DNA of 64,000 bases from Bacteroidales bacterium (GCA_021738565.1 JAIPBT010000005.1:21508-85507), one strand, 5' to 3'; positions 30,308-40,452 are shown, counted from the first letter of the stretch. Notes: generated from the letters alone by a model not told the origin. A program made the numbers and translations.

Positions 30308-32480
30308 ACCAGTAAGAGAGTTTCAGGACGATTCCCCGGTTTTTGGTCTGCCATCCGGAAGGATAGGCATTTTCCGTATAAACAATAAAGAGATCGGATA
30401 CCGGTGCAAAGCGCCACTGCAACCGCATATTTACATTGATGTTTTCGATCTGATTGTTGTATTGGACAAAGGTGGTGAAAAAGAGTTTTTCCGTAAAGGT
30501 GATATCCAGCTTTGGTCCCAGTAATACCAGATCCTTGCTTGCATAGGGTTCCGGCAAGAGGATATGATTGTAAGAGGCAATCAGTGAGAAGCTTCCGTAT
30601 GGTTGCACCCGGTAGTTCATCTCAGTTTCGAATTGGGCCCTTGTTCCTCCGAAATAGCCCCCGTAACGTCCTTGAAGTAAAAAGGTAAGGAGCCACCTCT
30701 GGGTGGAATTGTAGGACAGATAGACCTCTGTCCAGTTAAATTCTGAGCCAGCCGGGATCATCTCACCCCCTGTATTTGTGGGATCAAATGTCTCCAGCAG
30801 CTTCACGTATCCTTCTTCCAGCCCAACTTCCATGACACTTCGGTCGTTCCAGGTTAAGGAATACTCCAGCTCCAATTCCCGGTCTGTCATCTTCGTAGAG
30901 GGATCAAAATAAAGATCTGCTTCGAAGGAAGGACCATGACTGGTAACACGCCTGGAATCGGGGTAGAATCGATATCCAAGGGAAGGGGTGGTTTGGAGAT
31001 AACCTGTTCGCCTGACAAATCCCATTTCGGCCAGGTAGTTCCCTCCCACGTAAGCCTGGCTCAAACCTGCTTCGAACTTTTGGTTTGAGTAGTTGATCAT
31101 GGCAGACGCGGCGGAAGTGCTTCCTTCCTGACCAGGGTAAAGGCTATGGTGGTAAAACACCTTTCCGGTCCAGTTGTTATCGGCACTGGCAAAATTGAAT
31201 TCACCTCCTGCGACCCGGTTGAACTGACAGGCATGAAATGCAGTATCTTCCGGCGCAACAAGGACCTGCTTATTGGTCATAAAAACTCCAATATTGGAAC
31301 GACTAAGGATCTTGCGCTGCACAACGGCCACGCTGAAATTGTCAGCCGGATCCAGGTCTTTGACGGCGGTTTGCATGTTCATGATCCCTATCCTCCAGTT
31401 CTCTCCTGCATTTCCACTGAACCGGGCACCTGCAATGACCGGCGAGTTAAGACCAATTCTGCGGGAGAAAAACGGCCGGATCGTATGGCTCCCAAGATTG
31501 GAGAAAAGGTCGCTGTTCTCCAGGAAGAATTTCCTTTTTTCGGGAAAATAGAGTTCGAACCGATCCAGGTTGGTAACCTGCCGGTCCACCTCTACCTGTG
31601 AATAATCAGGATTAACGGTCACATCCAGGTTCATGGAAGTGGAAAGGATCACCTTGGCATCAAGTCCTGCATTGCCCCTGTAATCAATGGGATCTCCGGT
31701 CTCCAGGTTATGGGTCACCATGCCAAGTGCATAGGGGATCAGTGAAAACCTGACACCAGACGGTGGCGGTGGAGTTTCCCACTCCAGGGTACCGGTGAAC
31801 GCCAGTGTAGCGGAGGCAAACTGCCTGGGGACTGGTGCCCAGGATGACTTTTCATTGGTTTTCAGGTCCAGCCGGCTGAAATTGATCCCCCATTCGGTTA
31901 CGCCCTCTTCGTAGCGGATGGTCCTGAAGGGAATTTTAAATTCCGCCGTCCAGCGATCCTTATAATTCTGTACGGCAGAATACCATTTCCCGTCCCATTC
32001 AAGGGCTACGGCACCCCCGTTGGCCTGCATGCCGTCCCATTGACCTCCGACTGCATTCACTCCGAAAGCAAATCCGTTGGTCTGATCGTTATAGGTATCT
32101 ATGGCAGCAAAGAAATTATCATTGTTATTGAAGCTCCAGTCCCTGCGGTATGATTCAACGGGTCGCTTGCCCGGTGTGGGATCGAAATTGGTAATGCCCA
32201 TGTATATGTTGTCCTCATCAAAGACTACCATCACTTCGGTCTGGGCCCGGGCATAGCCCGTATCGATGGGTTGTATCCTGAAAAAAGGAGTGGTTTTCTC
32301 AGCCGTGGACCAGATTTCCTCATCCAGCTTTCCGTCAATCCGGACAGCCTGATCTGTCTTGATGGCACGAAGCCTGTATTTGTCCCTGTTAACCGGTGTG
32401 TTCTGCGCGGGCAGGGTATAAGAAATGAGACAAAGTAAAAGTGGGATATAAATAAATCTTGTTCTTTTCATGGTTCCCAA
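30300..32480 (-). CDS. CBM9-like + DUF5916-type outer-membrane/beta-barrel protein
   Basis: 726 aa with a signal peptide. The N-terminal block IDGKLDEEIWSTAEKTTPFFRIQP is typical of CBM9-like domains in this family. The C-terminus ends GIVLKLSYWFN (aromatic terminal residue). It overlaps the convergent neighbour by 8 nt. Confidence 0.6.
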   Translation of the reverse strand: MGTMKRTRFIYIPLLLCLISYTLPAQNTPVNRDKYRLRAIKTDQAVRIDGKLDEEIWSTAEKTTPFFRIQPIDTGYARAQTEVMVVFDEDNIYMGITNFDPTPGKRPVESYRRDWSFNNNDNFFAAIDTYNDQTNGFAFGVNAVGGQWDGMQANGGAVALEWDGKWYSAVQNYKDRWTAEFKIPFRTIRYEEGVTEWGINFSRLDLKTNEKSSWAPVPRQFASATLAFTGTLEWETPPPPSGVRFSLIPYALGMVTHNLETGDPIDYRGNAGLDAKVILSTSMNLDVTVNPDYSQVEVDRQVTNLDRFELYFPEKRKFFLENSDLFSNLGSHTIRPFFSRRIGLNSPVIAGARFSGNAGENWRIGIMNMQTAVKDLDPADNFSVAVVQRKILSRSNIGVFMTNKQVLVAPEDTAFHACQFNRVAGGEFNFASADNNWTGKVFYHHSLYPGQEGSTSAASAMINYSNQKFEAGLSQAYVGGNYLAEMGFVRRTGYLQTTPSLGYRFYPDSRRVTSHGPSFEADLYFDPSTKMTDRELELEYSLTWNDRSVMEVGLEEGYVKLLETFDPTNTGGEMIPAGSEFNWTEVYLSYNSTQRWLLTFLLQGRYGGYFGGTRAQFETEMNYRVQPYGSFSLIASYNHILLPEPYASKDLVLLGPKLDITFTEKLFFTTFVQYNNQIENINVNMRLQWRFAPVSDLFIVYTENAYPSGWQTKNRGIVLKLSYWFN

Positions 32481-32607
32481 AAATACATTTTATAATCATT
32501 TTTTCATGGATTGTTCAATGCACCCTTAAGATTAAAAGATTATTATTATTTTAACAATTTGAATATGAAGCAGTAATCAGGTATTACAGAAAAGCTATTG
32601 TCATACA

Positions 32608-34230
32608 ATGAAACAGATTGTACTGAGCCAGTTCCAAAAACCATGGATTTATCTCATTATTACCATCCTGGGAGTATCCCTGAAATTCTATAACCTTAAC
32701 TACAAGATATTCTGGGAAGATGAGATCTATACTGTTCAGCATGTAATCGGGGCCCATAATATCCTGGAGATTGATCCGGGTACGGAAAACAAGATCCTGG
32801 ATCTCAGCTATTACAGAGGACTGCTAAAAAATTCTTCACAAGAGCATACATTAGGGGAGGAGCTCTCTTCCCAGCTCAGTACCATGAACCTGAATCCGCT
32901 GCATTATATCTTTTTGTCTTTCTGGTATCGGCTGATTGGGGATGATATTCTGCACTACAGGCTGTTCAGTGTCCTGATCTTCATCCTGACCCTTCCCTTC
33001 CTCTATTTTCTTGCCCGGAAACTGTTCCAGTCAGATATTGTTGCCTGGATTGCAACCAGCCTTTATTCTGTATCACCCTTTATCCATGTATTTGCCCAGG
33101 AAGCCAGGTACTACATCCTCTGGGCTTTCATCCTGGTGGTATTGCATTTCTTCCTGGTCTATGCGCTTGACAAAAAGAAACTGATCTGGTGGGCTGGCTA
33201 TGCCCTGGCCGGGATCCTGGCACTTTACTGTTCGGTCCTGTCGGGTCTTATCCTTTTTGAACACCTGCTGTTCATCCTGATCGTTTACCGGAAAGACTTC
33301 CGGAAATTCGCCGGATCAGGACTTGTGATGCTATTGGCCTATCTCCCCTGGCTCTTGTTGATATTGAACCACAGTGAGGAAGTGGTTTCTTCCCTGGCCT
33401 GGCACAAAATGCCGGAAAAAATGCCCTTCTGGGCCCCGGCCCTGGGTATCACCCTAGGGTATGTGAGGACCTTCTCCTTTTACAAGGAATATACCCTTTA
33501 CTGGGACGATGTATTTGGAAATATCACTCCTGATCTGCTGGTCGAAACTTTCTTTAACCTGTGCATCCTGGCCTTCCTGGTACTGGCCCTGGTCAAAATG
33601 AGAACATACCTGAAAAAAGAATCCTCCCTGTTTTTACTGTTGATCTTCATCCCGGGATTCCTCCTTTTCTACTTTTTGGACCTCTTCCGCAATGCAGTGA
33701 CCTCCATCTGGTGGCGCTACCATATCTTTGCCACAATACCGGTCATCCTGATCGCCTCCGGTTATTTTGTCGGAAGAATGCAAAAAAGGAAGCTTGCTGC
33801 TGTCCTGATATATGTTGGACTTGTAGTGATCAGCCTGTTTTCGGTCCGGACGATTTCCCAGCAGAAATACTGGTACCTTGCCGGGGATTGGGTATTGGAA
33901 TTCGTAAATAATGCAGAACTCCTGTCCGATTCTGAAAAGGCCCTGGTCATTACGGATTTTACCAGGGCCGACAATACCTGGGCCGGGCCCACCCTGACCA
34001 TGCAGGTATTGGTCAATTGCACCTCCGACCAGATCGATGTGCTGCGGGTCGGTCAGGATGTGCCGGATATGTCAAAGCTTATACCGGAAGATACCTATAG
34101 CGACATATACCTGCTTTATCCCTCTTCCATGTTGGTGGAAGCGATGTCGAATCAATTCGGTGAACGAATGCAGATTTTGGAAGGCAGAAGGGGGCCTACG
34201 ACCTGGATTATTCACCAGGCTGAAGATTGA
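32608..34230 (+). CDS. GT-C fold (GT39/ArnT-like) integral membrane glycosyltransferase
   Basis: 540 aa. About 10 TM helices followed by a soluble C-terminal domain. FWEDEIYT in the first loop resembles the DE motif of PMT/ArnT-type enzymes. Confidence 0.5.
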   Translation: MKQIVLSQFQKPWIYLIITILGVSLKFYNLNYKIFWEDEIYTVQHVIGAHNILEIDPGTENKILDLSYYRGLLKNSSQEHTLGEELSSQLSTMNLNPLHYIFLSFWYRLIGDDILHYRLFSVLIFILTLPFLYFLARKLFQSDIVAWIATSLYSVSPFIHVFAQEARYYILWAFILVVLHFFLVYALDKKKLIWWAGYALAGILALYCSVLSGLILFEHLLFILIVYRKDFRKFAGSGLVMLLAYLPWLLLILNHSEEVVSSLAWHKMPEKMPFWAPALGITLGYVRTFSFYKEYTLYWDDVFGNITPDLLVETFFNLCILAFLVLALVKMRTYLKKESSLFLLLIFIPGFLLFYFLDLFRNAVTSIWWRYHIFATIPVILIASGYFVGRMQKRKLAAVLIYVGLVVISLFSVRTISQQKYWYLAGDWVLEFVNNAELLSDSEKALVITDFTRADNTWAGPTLTMQVLVNCTSDQIDVLRVGQDVPDMSKLIPEDTYSDIYLLYPSSMLVEAMSNQFGERMQILEGRRGPTTWIIHQAED

Positions 34231-34324
34231 GCTGGGTAGGGTAATGTTTTAATTTACACTTTAGACAAAAACTTACATTTTGAAATTCCTGAATATTACA
34301 TCAAAATATCATAACAATTAGTTT

Positions 34325-36454
34325 ATGTTAAGAATATCATTACTAATAGTGGAGCTGTGTATTCTTCAGCTAGTTGATGCTCAAAAAATCCATTGGCAAC
34401 CGTTAGGTGAGCCGGGTAGCGGAGGGGCTATCACAGATATTGCATTCAGTCCGTACGATCAGAATCACATCCTGGTTGCCGGAGATGTGTTAAATGCTGC
34501 TTACAGCAGAGATGGAGGAAATACCTGGCATCCAACTTTTGGATTTAAAAGTAATGAAATTGCTGCTTTTACCTTTCATCCGGCCGACAGTTCTGTTATA
34601 TGGGTGGGTACTATGAGTGGTCCGTATAAAAGTATGGATGGGGGCACACACTGGATCGAAAAAAGGAATGGTATGGATCCGGTTGGATCTTATGCGTATA
34701 CCTGTCCGATTCAGAAAATCCTGTTTGATCCAAAAGATACAGATCGGTTACTGGCTTTTGGAGGTAATATGAGGGACTGGAACAGTCCGGGAAACCCGAA
34801 ATGGAATGTGGTCTGGGAAAGCAGGAATGGGGGGGAAACCTGGGTCCAGTTCTCAAAAGCAGGTTCAATGATCAAACCTGGAATAACAAATGCCGAATAT
34901 GCCGGAAATAAAAGAATTGTATTATCTGCAAGGAAGCAGGGAGTGTTCATCAGTGATGATGATGGGAAGACATGGAAACTTGCTAATACGGGTTTGCCAA
35001 CCAGGGATGTCCTATGGGTAACCGTTAACCCGAAAAATCCTTCAGTAATGTATGCCGCCCTAAATAATTACCGTGTTAATGACCTGTATCATCCCGGAGG
35101 TATTTATATATCACAGGATGGAGGAGCTAACTGGAAAAATTCCTCTCACGGGATTGAACGGACATCAAACGCAGATTCTGTACTGGCATCCCATTTCAGA
35201 TCCATAAAAATAGCCCCGACAAATACTAAAATTCTGTATACTTCAAACAGCGGCTGGGCAAATTCAGGTGTGTATAAAAGTATCGATGGTGGAAAATCAT
35301 GGAATGTGATATTGAATAAATCATCCACAGGTAATTTTCCCAGAGTGTTTTATCCGCAAAGTGGTCCCGAGTTATATGCGTTTTCCATTGATCCCTCTGA
35401 TGAAAATACCATGATCGGTGGAAACTGGGAGTATGTATTAAAAACTGCTGACGGAGGACAAACATGGGAAGACATCATGAGCGATACGACTCTGACTCCA
35501 GGTTATTTTAAAGGTAATGGTTTTTCAGGACTTGTAGCATCCAATTTCGAATTCAATCCATTTGATCCGGATCATGCGGTTCTGCAAGCGTGGGATGACG
35601 GTAAATTCATTCAGAGCAATGATAACCTGGAAAGCTGGAAATCCGGCGGGAAAGGGATGTGGAGACACAATGGAGGGAATGATGTTTCTTTTGCAGGGAA
35701 CAATGGAAACATTATCTACTGTACGACAGGTCAGTACGGTTTTGATGGAGTCTGGAAAACAACGGACCGAGGATCAACCTGGAAACACTTTCCCTTATCA
35801 TCTTTTATAGGTGCAAAGCCGGATAACCAACCCATAGGAATTTATACCCTTCAAGATCATCCGGATATTGCATGGGTTGTTCTGGCCGACAGGATATATC
35901 AGACATTAGATGGAGGATCTTCCTGGTTTGAAATATTTGCAGCAGAAGGAATGAAATACATTGCTGAAGACAGAAACAATCCATTTACCTTTTATGTAAA
36001 CTCAACTCTTGGTGTATTTAAAACCATTGATGGAAAAATATTCAAATTAATGCATGGCAGTCCTGCAAACGGAGATAAAATCTATTGTGTTTCAGGTGAT
36101 AGCCCGGCCTTATATGTCACAAAATGGAGAACCGGCAATGGTGAGGAAGGATTATGGAAATTCGATGGATCTGACTGGATACTTCTTAAAAAAGACTATT
36201 ACATTTATGATGTAGCAGTTCATCCAAAAAATCAGGATATTCTTGTTGTCTCTACAAATGACCATCCTTATCATGATGTTATGAACAATTCCGGAATCTC
36301 GCTTACAATTGATGGAGGGAAAAGCTGGACATTGCAGAACAAGAATCTTCCGATGTTAAAAGGTGAGGTCATCCGGTTTAACCCGCATCAACCCAACCAG
36401 CTAATTCTGGGTACAGGTGGAAGGGGGTTTTTTACAGGTATATTGATGGATTAA
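34325..36454 (+). CDS. Exported BNR/Asp-box repeat protein (double beta-propeller, GH74/sortilin-like)
   Basis: 709 aa. At least 10 SxDxGxTW-type boxes: SRDGGNTW, SMDGGTHW, SRNGGETW, SDDDGKTW, SQDGGANW, SIDGGKSW, TADGGQTW, TTDRGSTW, TLDGGSSW, TIDGGKSW. Confidence 0.7.
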   Translation: MLRISLLIVELCILQLVDAQKIHWQPLGEPGSGGAITDIAFSPYDQNHILVAGDVLNAAYSRDGGNTWHPTFGFKSNEIAAFTFHPADSSVIWVGTMSGPYKSMDGGTHWIEKRNGMDPVGSYAYTCPIQKILFDPKDTDRLLAFGGNMRDWNSPGNPKWNVVWESRNGGETWVQFSKAGSMIKPGITNAEYAGNKRIVLSARKQGVFISDDDGKTWKLANTGLPTRDVLWVTVNPKNPSVMYAALNNYRVNDLYHPGGIYISQDGGANWKNSSHGIERTSNADSVLASHFRSIKIAPTNTKILYTSNSGWANSGVYKSIDGGKSWNVILNKSSTGNFPRVFYPQSGPELYAFSIDPSDENTMIGGNWEYVLKTADGGQTWEDIMSDTTLTPGYFKGNGFSGLVASNFEFNPFDPDHAVLQAWDDGKFIQSNDNLESWKSGGKGMWRHNGGNDVSFAGNNGNIIYCTTGQYGFDGVWKTTDRGSTWKHFPLSSFIGAKPDNQPIGIYTLQDHPDIAWVVLADRIYQTLDGGSSWFEIFAAEGMKYIAEDRNNPFTFYVNSTLGVFKTIDGKIFKLMHGSPANGDKIYCVSGDSPALYVTKWRTGNGEEGLWKFDGSDWILLKKDYYIYDVAVHPKNQDILVVSTNDHPYHDVMNNSGISLTIDGGKSWTLQNKNLPMLKGEVIRFNPHQPNQLILGTGGRGFFTGILMD

Positions 36455-36531
36455 CAAGAAGGGTAAATATATTTTAATTAAATATTTTGTTGGTTTCTCA
36501 CTATTTTTAAAACAATTAATACCTGATTGCC

Positions 36532-37515
36532 ATGAAGAGAATTTGCTTACAGTTTGTCTTAACAATAGCCTTAATGTATCCTTCCCATGCACAGACAATG
36601 AGCATCATTTTTGATTCTGATATGGAATCGGATGTGGATGATGTCGGGGCCCTTGCCATGTTACATGGATTGGCCGACAGGGGAGATGTGAAGATCCTGG
36701 CCACAATAAGCAGCAGCCTGAATCCTTGGTCGGCTCCGATGCTGGATGTGATCAACACTTACTATGGAAGGCCGGACATCCCGATTGGAAATGTCAAAAC
36801 CTTCGGGGTTTACCGGAATTCAAAATTTGCACGGAAAATATCTGAAAAATATCCTCAGGATACGGGTCTGGGAGAATATGTACAGGATGCTGTTACACTG
36901 TACAGGAAACTGCTAAGTGAGCAGGAAGACGCCTCCGTTGTGATTGTAACCGTCGGCTACCTGACGAACATTGCGAATCTTCTGCATTCCGGCCCTGATG
37001 AGTGCAGTTCGTTGAATGGAAATGATCTGATAAAGAAAAAAGTCCGGAGGATAGTATGTATGGGAGGGGCATATCCTTATCACACCGATCCTCGCAGGTA
37101 TGGCAATTTCAAACCGGATCCTGACGCTGCCGTTGACGTGGCCAGAAACTGCCCTGTTCAGATCATTTTCACTGCAGGCCAGGCCTTTGCCAATGCGATA
37201 CGTACCGGAGGAATTTTGTTCCGTTCAGCTCAAAATGACAATCCGGTGAAAGAATCTTATAAAATATTCCTTGAAAGCTGGAACAGGGAATACCACCATA
37301 GTGCAGATCTGATAGCTGTGTACGTGGCGGTTCGGGGATATGAAGAATATTTTAAAGCCCAAAAGAAAGGATATTATCACATCTTTGAGGATGGGACAAA
37401 TCTGTGGCGTGAAACACCGGACAACCCGAACCATATGATCATAGGGGAATTTGCCGATGGGGTCGATCCCGATCAGGTGGCAGAAGCATTTGACATGCTT
37501 CTGCTGAAAAAATAG
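36532..37515 (+). CDS. Exported inosine-uridine nucleoside-hydrolase-like protein
   Basis: 327 aa with a signal peptide. IFDSDMESDVDDVGALAMLH matches the N-terminal DxDxxxDD metal-binding motif of the IUNH fold. Confidence 0.6.
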   Translation: MKRICLQFVLTIALMYPSHAQTMSIIFDSDMESDVDDVGALAMLHGLADRGDVKILATISSSLNPWSAPMLDVINTYYGRPDIPIGNVKTFGVYRNSKFARKISEKYPQDTGLGEYVQDAVTLYRKLLSEQEDASVVIVTVGYLTNIANLLHSGPDECSSLNGNDLIKKKVRRIVCMGGAYPYHTDPRRYGNFKPDPDAAVDVARNCPVQIIFTAGQAFANAIRTGGILFRSAQNDNPVKESYKIFLESWNREYHHSADLIAVYVAVRGYEEYFKAQKKGYYHIFEDGTNLWRETPDNPNHMIIGEFADGVDPDQVAEAFDMLLLKK

Positions 37516-37525
37516 AGATCTTGTT

Positions 37526-38833
37526 CTACAAGCTATATCCTTCCCGGTATGCCCTGTGGTAGAACTTTTCGGCTTCCGGGTCATTCACAAAGTATTGTTT
37601 CTTTGCGTCCCACTCAACAGGTCTTCCCAGTTCGCTGGCAATATTTCCGAGGATACAGGTGGCCACGGTCCTGGCTCCGGCTTCAATGTTGGCCACCGGT
37701 TCTTCCCTTGATTTCACACAATCGATGAAGTTCTGGAGGTGCCCGGTTGCAGATTCAAACTTTAATCCTTCATTTGCATCTTCAGTGGCACCGGGAAGCA
37801 ATGAATCATCAGAAGCTGCTATTCCTCCCCGCCAGACGGATACCCATGCATCGCTGCCGATAAACTTCACTCCCTTGCCTCCTGTTTCATCATAAGGCTG
37901 GTTCGTCATGACCACACCGTTGTCGTATTCAAAGGCCAGGTATTCGTTTCCTTCAACTCCCGGGGGAACAATCCTGGTGGGTCCGCCATCATTTTTTCCA
38001 AGGCCCCACTGCCCTATATCAAAATTATGTGCACCCCAGTCACACATAAATCCACCACCGGTCTCCTTATAATAGCGCCACCTCGCCCAGAAGGTTTCAT
38101 TTTCAGGCGGATCCAGGGAAATAGGAGGATTCAGCGCGGAATTGTAATGTACATAGGGCATTGGACCCAACCATGCATCCCAATCGAGATCTGCAGGAAT
38201 GGGTTCTTCAGGAAGATCATAGGGTGACGGAGGGGGCCCCACTGACGCATACACTTTCTCAAGCGTTCCAAGCTTGCCGCTTTGTGCAAGTTTCACAGCA
38301 TGACGGAAATTATGGTCTGAACGCTGCTGACTGCCCACAGCCAGGATCACATTGTTTTCCCGTACGGCCTTCACGAGTTCATGGCTTTCCTTTATGGAGA
38401 ATGTGATGGGCTTCTCCAGGTAGATGTCTTTGCCTGCCTTGCATGCGGCAATGGCCTGTATGGCATGCCAGTGATCGGGCGTGGCAATCACCACGGCATC
38501 GATATCATCCCTTTCGAGAATTTTATTGTAATCGGTATAGGTCTTTACCTTTACCTTTTCACCTCTTTCAAGGTAAAAGTCATTCATCGCCTTTTCAAAG
38601 CGTTCTCTTTTAATGCCGTAAACATCAGCACCGGCAACGACCCGGACGCCCTCGATGCGGGCAAATCCTCTCATAAGGTTCATAGCCTGTTGTCCGAGTC
38701 CGATAATTCCTATTCGGATCATGTCGTTTGCCCCAACGGCTGTTTTGCAACTATGTATTGCAGGAAGAATGGCCACACCTGTTGCTCCTATGAGTGTGTG
38801 CCTGATAAATCTGCGTCTGGAAGTGTTTTTCAT
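37526..38833 (-). CDS. Tat-exported Gfo/Idh/MocA NAD-dependent oxidoreductase (GH109-like)
   Basis: 435 aa. Tat signal SRRRFIRHTLIGATGVAIL. Rossmann motif IRIGIIGLGQQA. EKPI block present. Confidence 0.75.
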   Translation of the reverse strand: MKNTSRRRFIRHTLIGATGVAILPAIHSCKTAVGANDMIRIGIIGLGQQAMNLMRGFARIEGVRVVAGADVYGIKRERFEKAMNDFYLERGEKVKVKTYTDYNKILERDDIDAVVIATPDHWHAIQAIAACKAGKDIYLEKPITFSIKESHELVKAVRENNVILAVGSQQRSDHNFRHAVKLAQSGKLGTLEKVYASVGPPPSPYDLPEEPIPADLDWDAWLGPMPYVHYNSALNPPISLDPPENETFWARWRYYKETGGGFMCDWGAHNFDIGQWGLGKNDGGPTRIVPPGVEGNEYLAFEYDNGVVMTNQPYDETGGKGVKFIGSDAWVSVWRGGIAASDDSLLPGATEDANEGLKFESATGHLQNFIDCVKSREEPVANIEAGARTVATCILGNIASELGRPVEWDAKKQYFVNDPEAEKFYHRAYREGYSL

Positions 38834-38977
38834 TTTTGGTAAATCTTTTTGGTTAGTATTCGTCTGGAGGCATAAATATAAGTTTTATTTTGCTAAATTT
38901 CATCTTCACCAGCCATATGGTTATTATACCAATCCTTAAATCTGATGTGATCTTCCTTCGCCGGGATGCTCGTTTGC

Positions 38978-39120
38978 TATCTGTTCACGCTGAAATCATT
39001 CATTGCATAGCCGGCAGCCAGGTCATTGGGGTAAAGCTTCCTGATCATGCTCATTGTCTCCCTGGTAATCCGGGTCTCCGGATCACCGTGACACAACAGG
39101 CAGGCACCTGATCCGATCAT
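38978..39120 (-). pseudogene. 47-codon CxxCH mini-ORF, probably a C-terminal remnant of a c-type haem (DUF3365-like) protein
   Basis: My translation is MIGSGACLLCHGDPETRITRETMSMIRKLYPNDLAAGYAMNDFSVNR. The ATG overlaps the stop of the upstream HTH gene (ATGA). It is below the ORF-track size cut-off. Confidence 0.3.
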
Positions 39121-39551
39121 TCATTCTTATCGTAATCCCTGATCTTCTCATTGATCATCTCATTGATCTCTTCCACTCTGTCCAGCGGGATCGAATGGAT
39201 CGTTTTGCTCAGGTCCTGCATCTTTTCCGGCTTCTTTAGTTTTCGCATCGGGTGCGATTCATCCAGCTCAAAAGTACCATCCTCGGTCCACTCCAGCAGA
39301 TCGTTCGGGGTACACCTGAGGATGACACACAGCTTTTCCAGCTCCCCGGGGTTAAGCCGTTTCACGTTATTGCGTTTCACTTTTGAGGCAAAAGAGTCGG
39401 AAAATCCCTGTGCAGTAAGATATGCAAAGGGCTTATCGATGCCCCTTGCCTTGAAGATCCTTTGAAAATTATAAGCAAGCATGGTTATGGGGTTAGGATT
39501 GAACATCAGAATACCAACCATCGAAAGGTAGGGATTCCAGTTGTAAAACAC
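39117..39551 (-). CDS. XRE-family helix-turn-helix protein
   Basis: The real start is likely MLAYNFQRIFKARGIDKPFAYL at 39482. ELEKLCVILRCTPNDLLEW is a typical HTH_3 C-terminal part. Confidence 0.65.
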   Translation of the reverse strand: MFYNWNPYLSMVGILMFNPNPITMLAYNFQRIFKARGIDKPFAYLTAQGFSDSFASKVKRNNVKRLNPGELEKLCVILRCTPNDLLEWTEDGTFELDESHPMRKLKKPEKMQDLSKTIHSIPLDRVEEINEMINEKIRDYDKNE

Positions 39552-39592
39552 AAGACATTGCTTCTGTTTTTAATCTTAAATACACTTCATAT

Positions 39593-39641
39593 AATTTTAC
39601 ATGTTCTTCATTCAATTTTACATGTTCTTCATTCAATTTTA
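39593..39641. repeat. 21-bp tandem repeat x2.3 (aattttacatgttcttcattc)
   Basis: Perfect copies at 39593-39613 and 39614-39634, plus a partial third. It lies in the AT-rich region upstream of the HTH gene. Confidence 0.85.
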
Positions 39642-39974
39642 TAAATTCTGATTTATATATGATATATTATTTATATCAATTTTTAAATTCTGTTAATAAT
39701 TTCATATCACATGTATATATGTATAACAGTTCTGTATACAAGCTACAATATTATGTATTTCATCATCATAACTATTTATATCAATTTATATATTCTTCAC
39801 ATCGTATTTTTTATTATGCTCTTCCGGCTCAGCTAATTTCTCCTGAGTTAATCCTGCCTGATTCCTAATAATATGCTAATACTTTACCAAAAACATTGTA
39901 AATCTTCAGCCAAATGCGGACAAATTGATTTAAAGCCCCAACCGGAAAGTTGAGATCCCACTATTTACTTCACA

Positions 39975-40195
39975 CGACCCCCACCCTGAATCCCTCCCCC
40001 AAGGGTGAGTGATCCCCAATAGATTGGCTATAAAATTATTCCGAAGGAAACTCCCTTCACCCACCGGGGGAAGGGTCGGGGTTGGGGGTAATTTATTCCA
40101 TCTGCGGGAAACATGAGATGAACGGGTGGTAACGCGAATATGATGATTGAGTTGGGATTTGGTGTGGGAATGGGCTGGGACAGGGGAGGGACAAG
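39975..40195. repeat. GC-rich REP-like hairpin segment
   Basis: cccttcacccaccgggggaaggg and flanking C/G runs (cccccaccc, gggtcggggttggggg). It has the same flavour as 63190-63293. The ORF listed here (39930..40229) encodes low-complexity PPTPTLPPVGEGS. Confidence 0.55.
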
Positions 40196-40452
40196 TAGAT
40201 ATCCAAATGTTGGAATTATATACTTTCATTCTTCTTCTAGATCAGAAACTTCTTTAATGAGATTAAAACACATTTCATCTTTGTTTTTCAATTCAGTTTC
40301 AATCGCAGTATTAATAAAATCCCATTTTGATATATAGTTAGGATCCAAAAAATATTTAATTACATCATCATCGTACAAGGATGGGTATCTCAAATAATTT
40401 TTCATTACCAGTGGGATTCTCAAATAATCATCTGAAATATTTTTATTATTAA

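Noticed and set aside
39593-39641. Possible CRISPR array
   Set aside because: There are only 2.3 directly abutting 21-bp units with no spacers. No cas genes are in the window.
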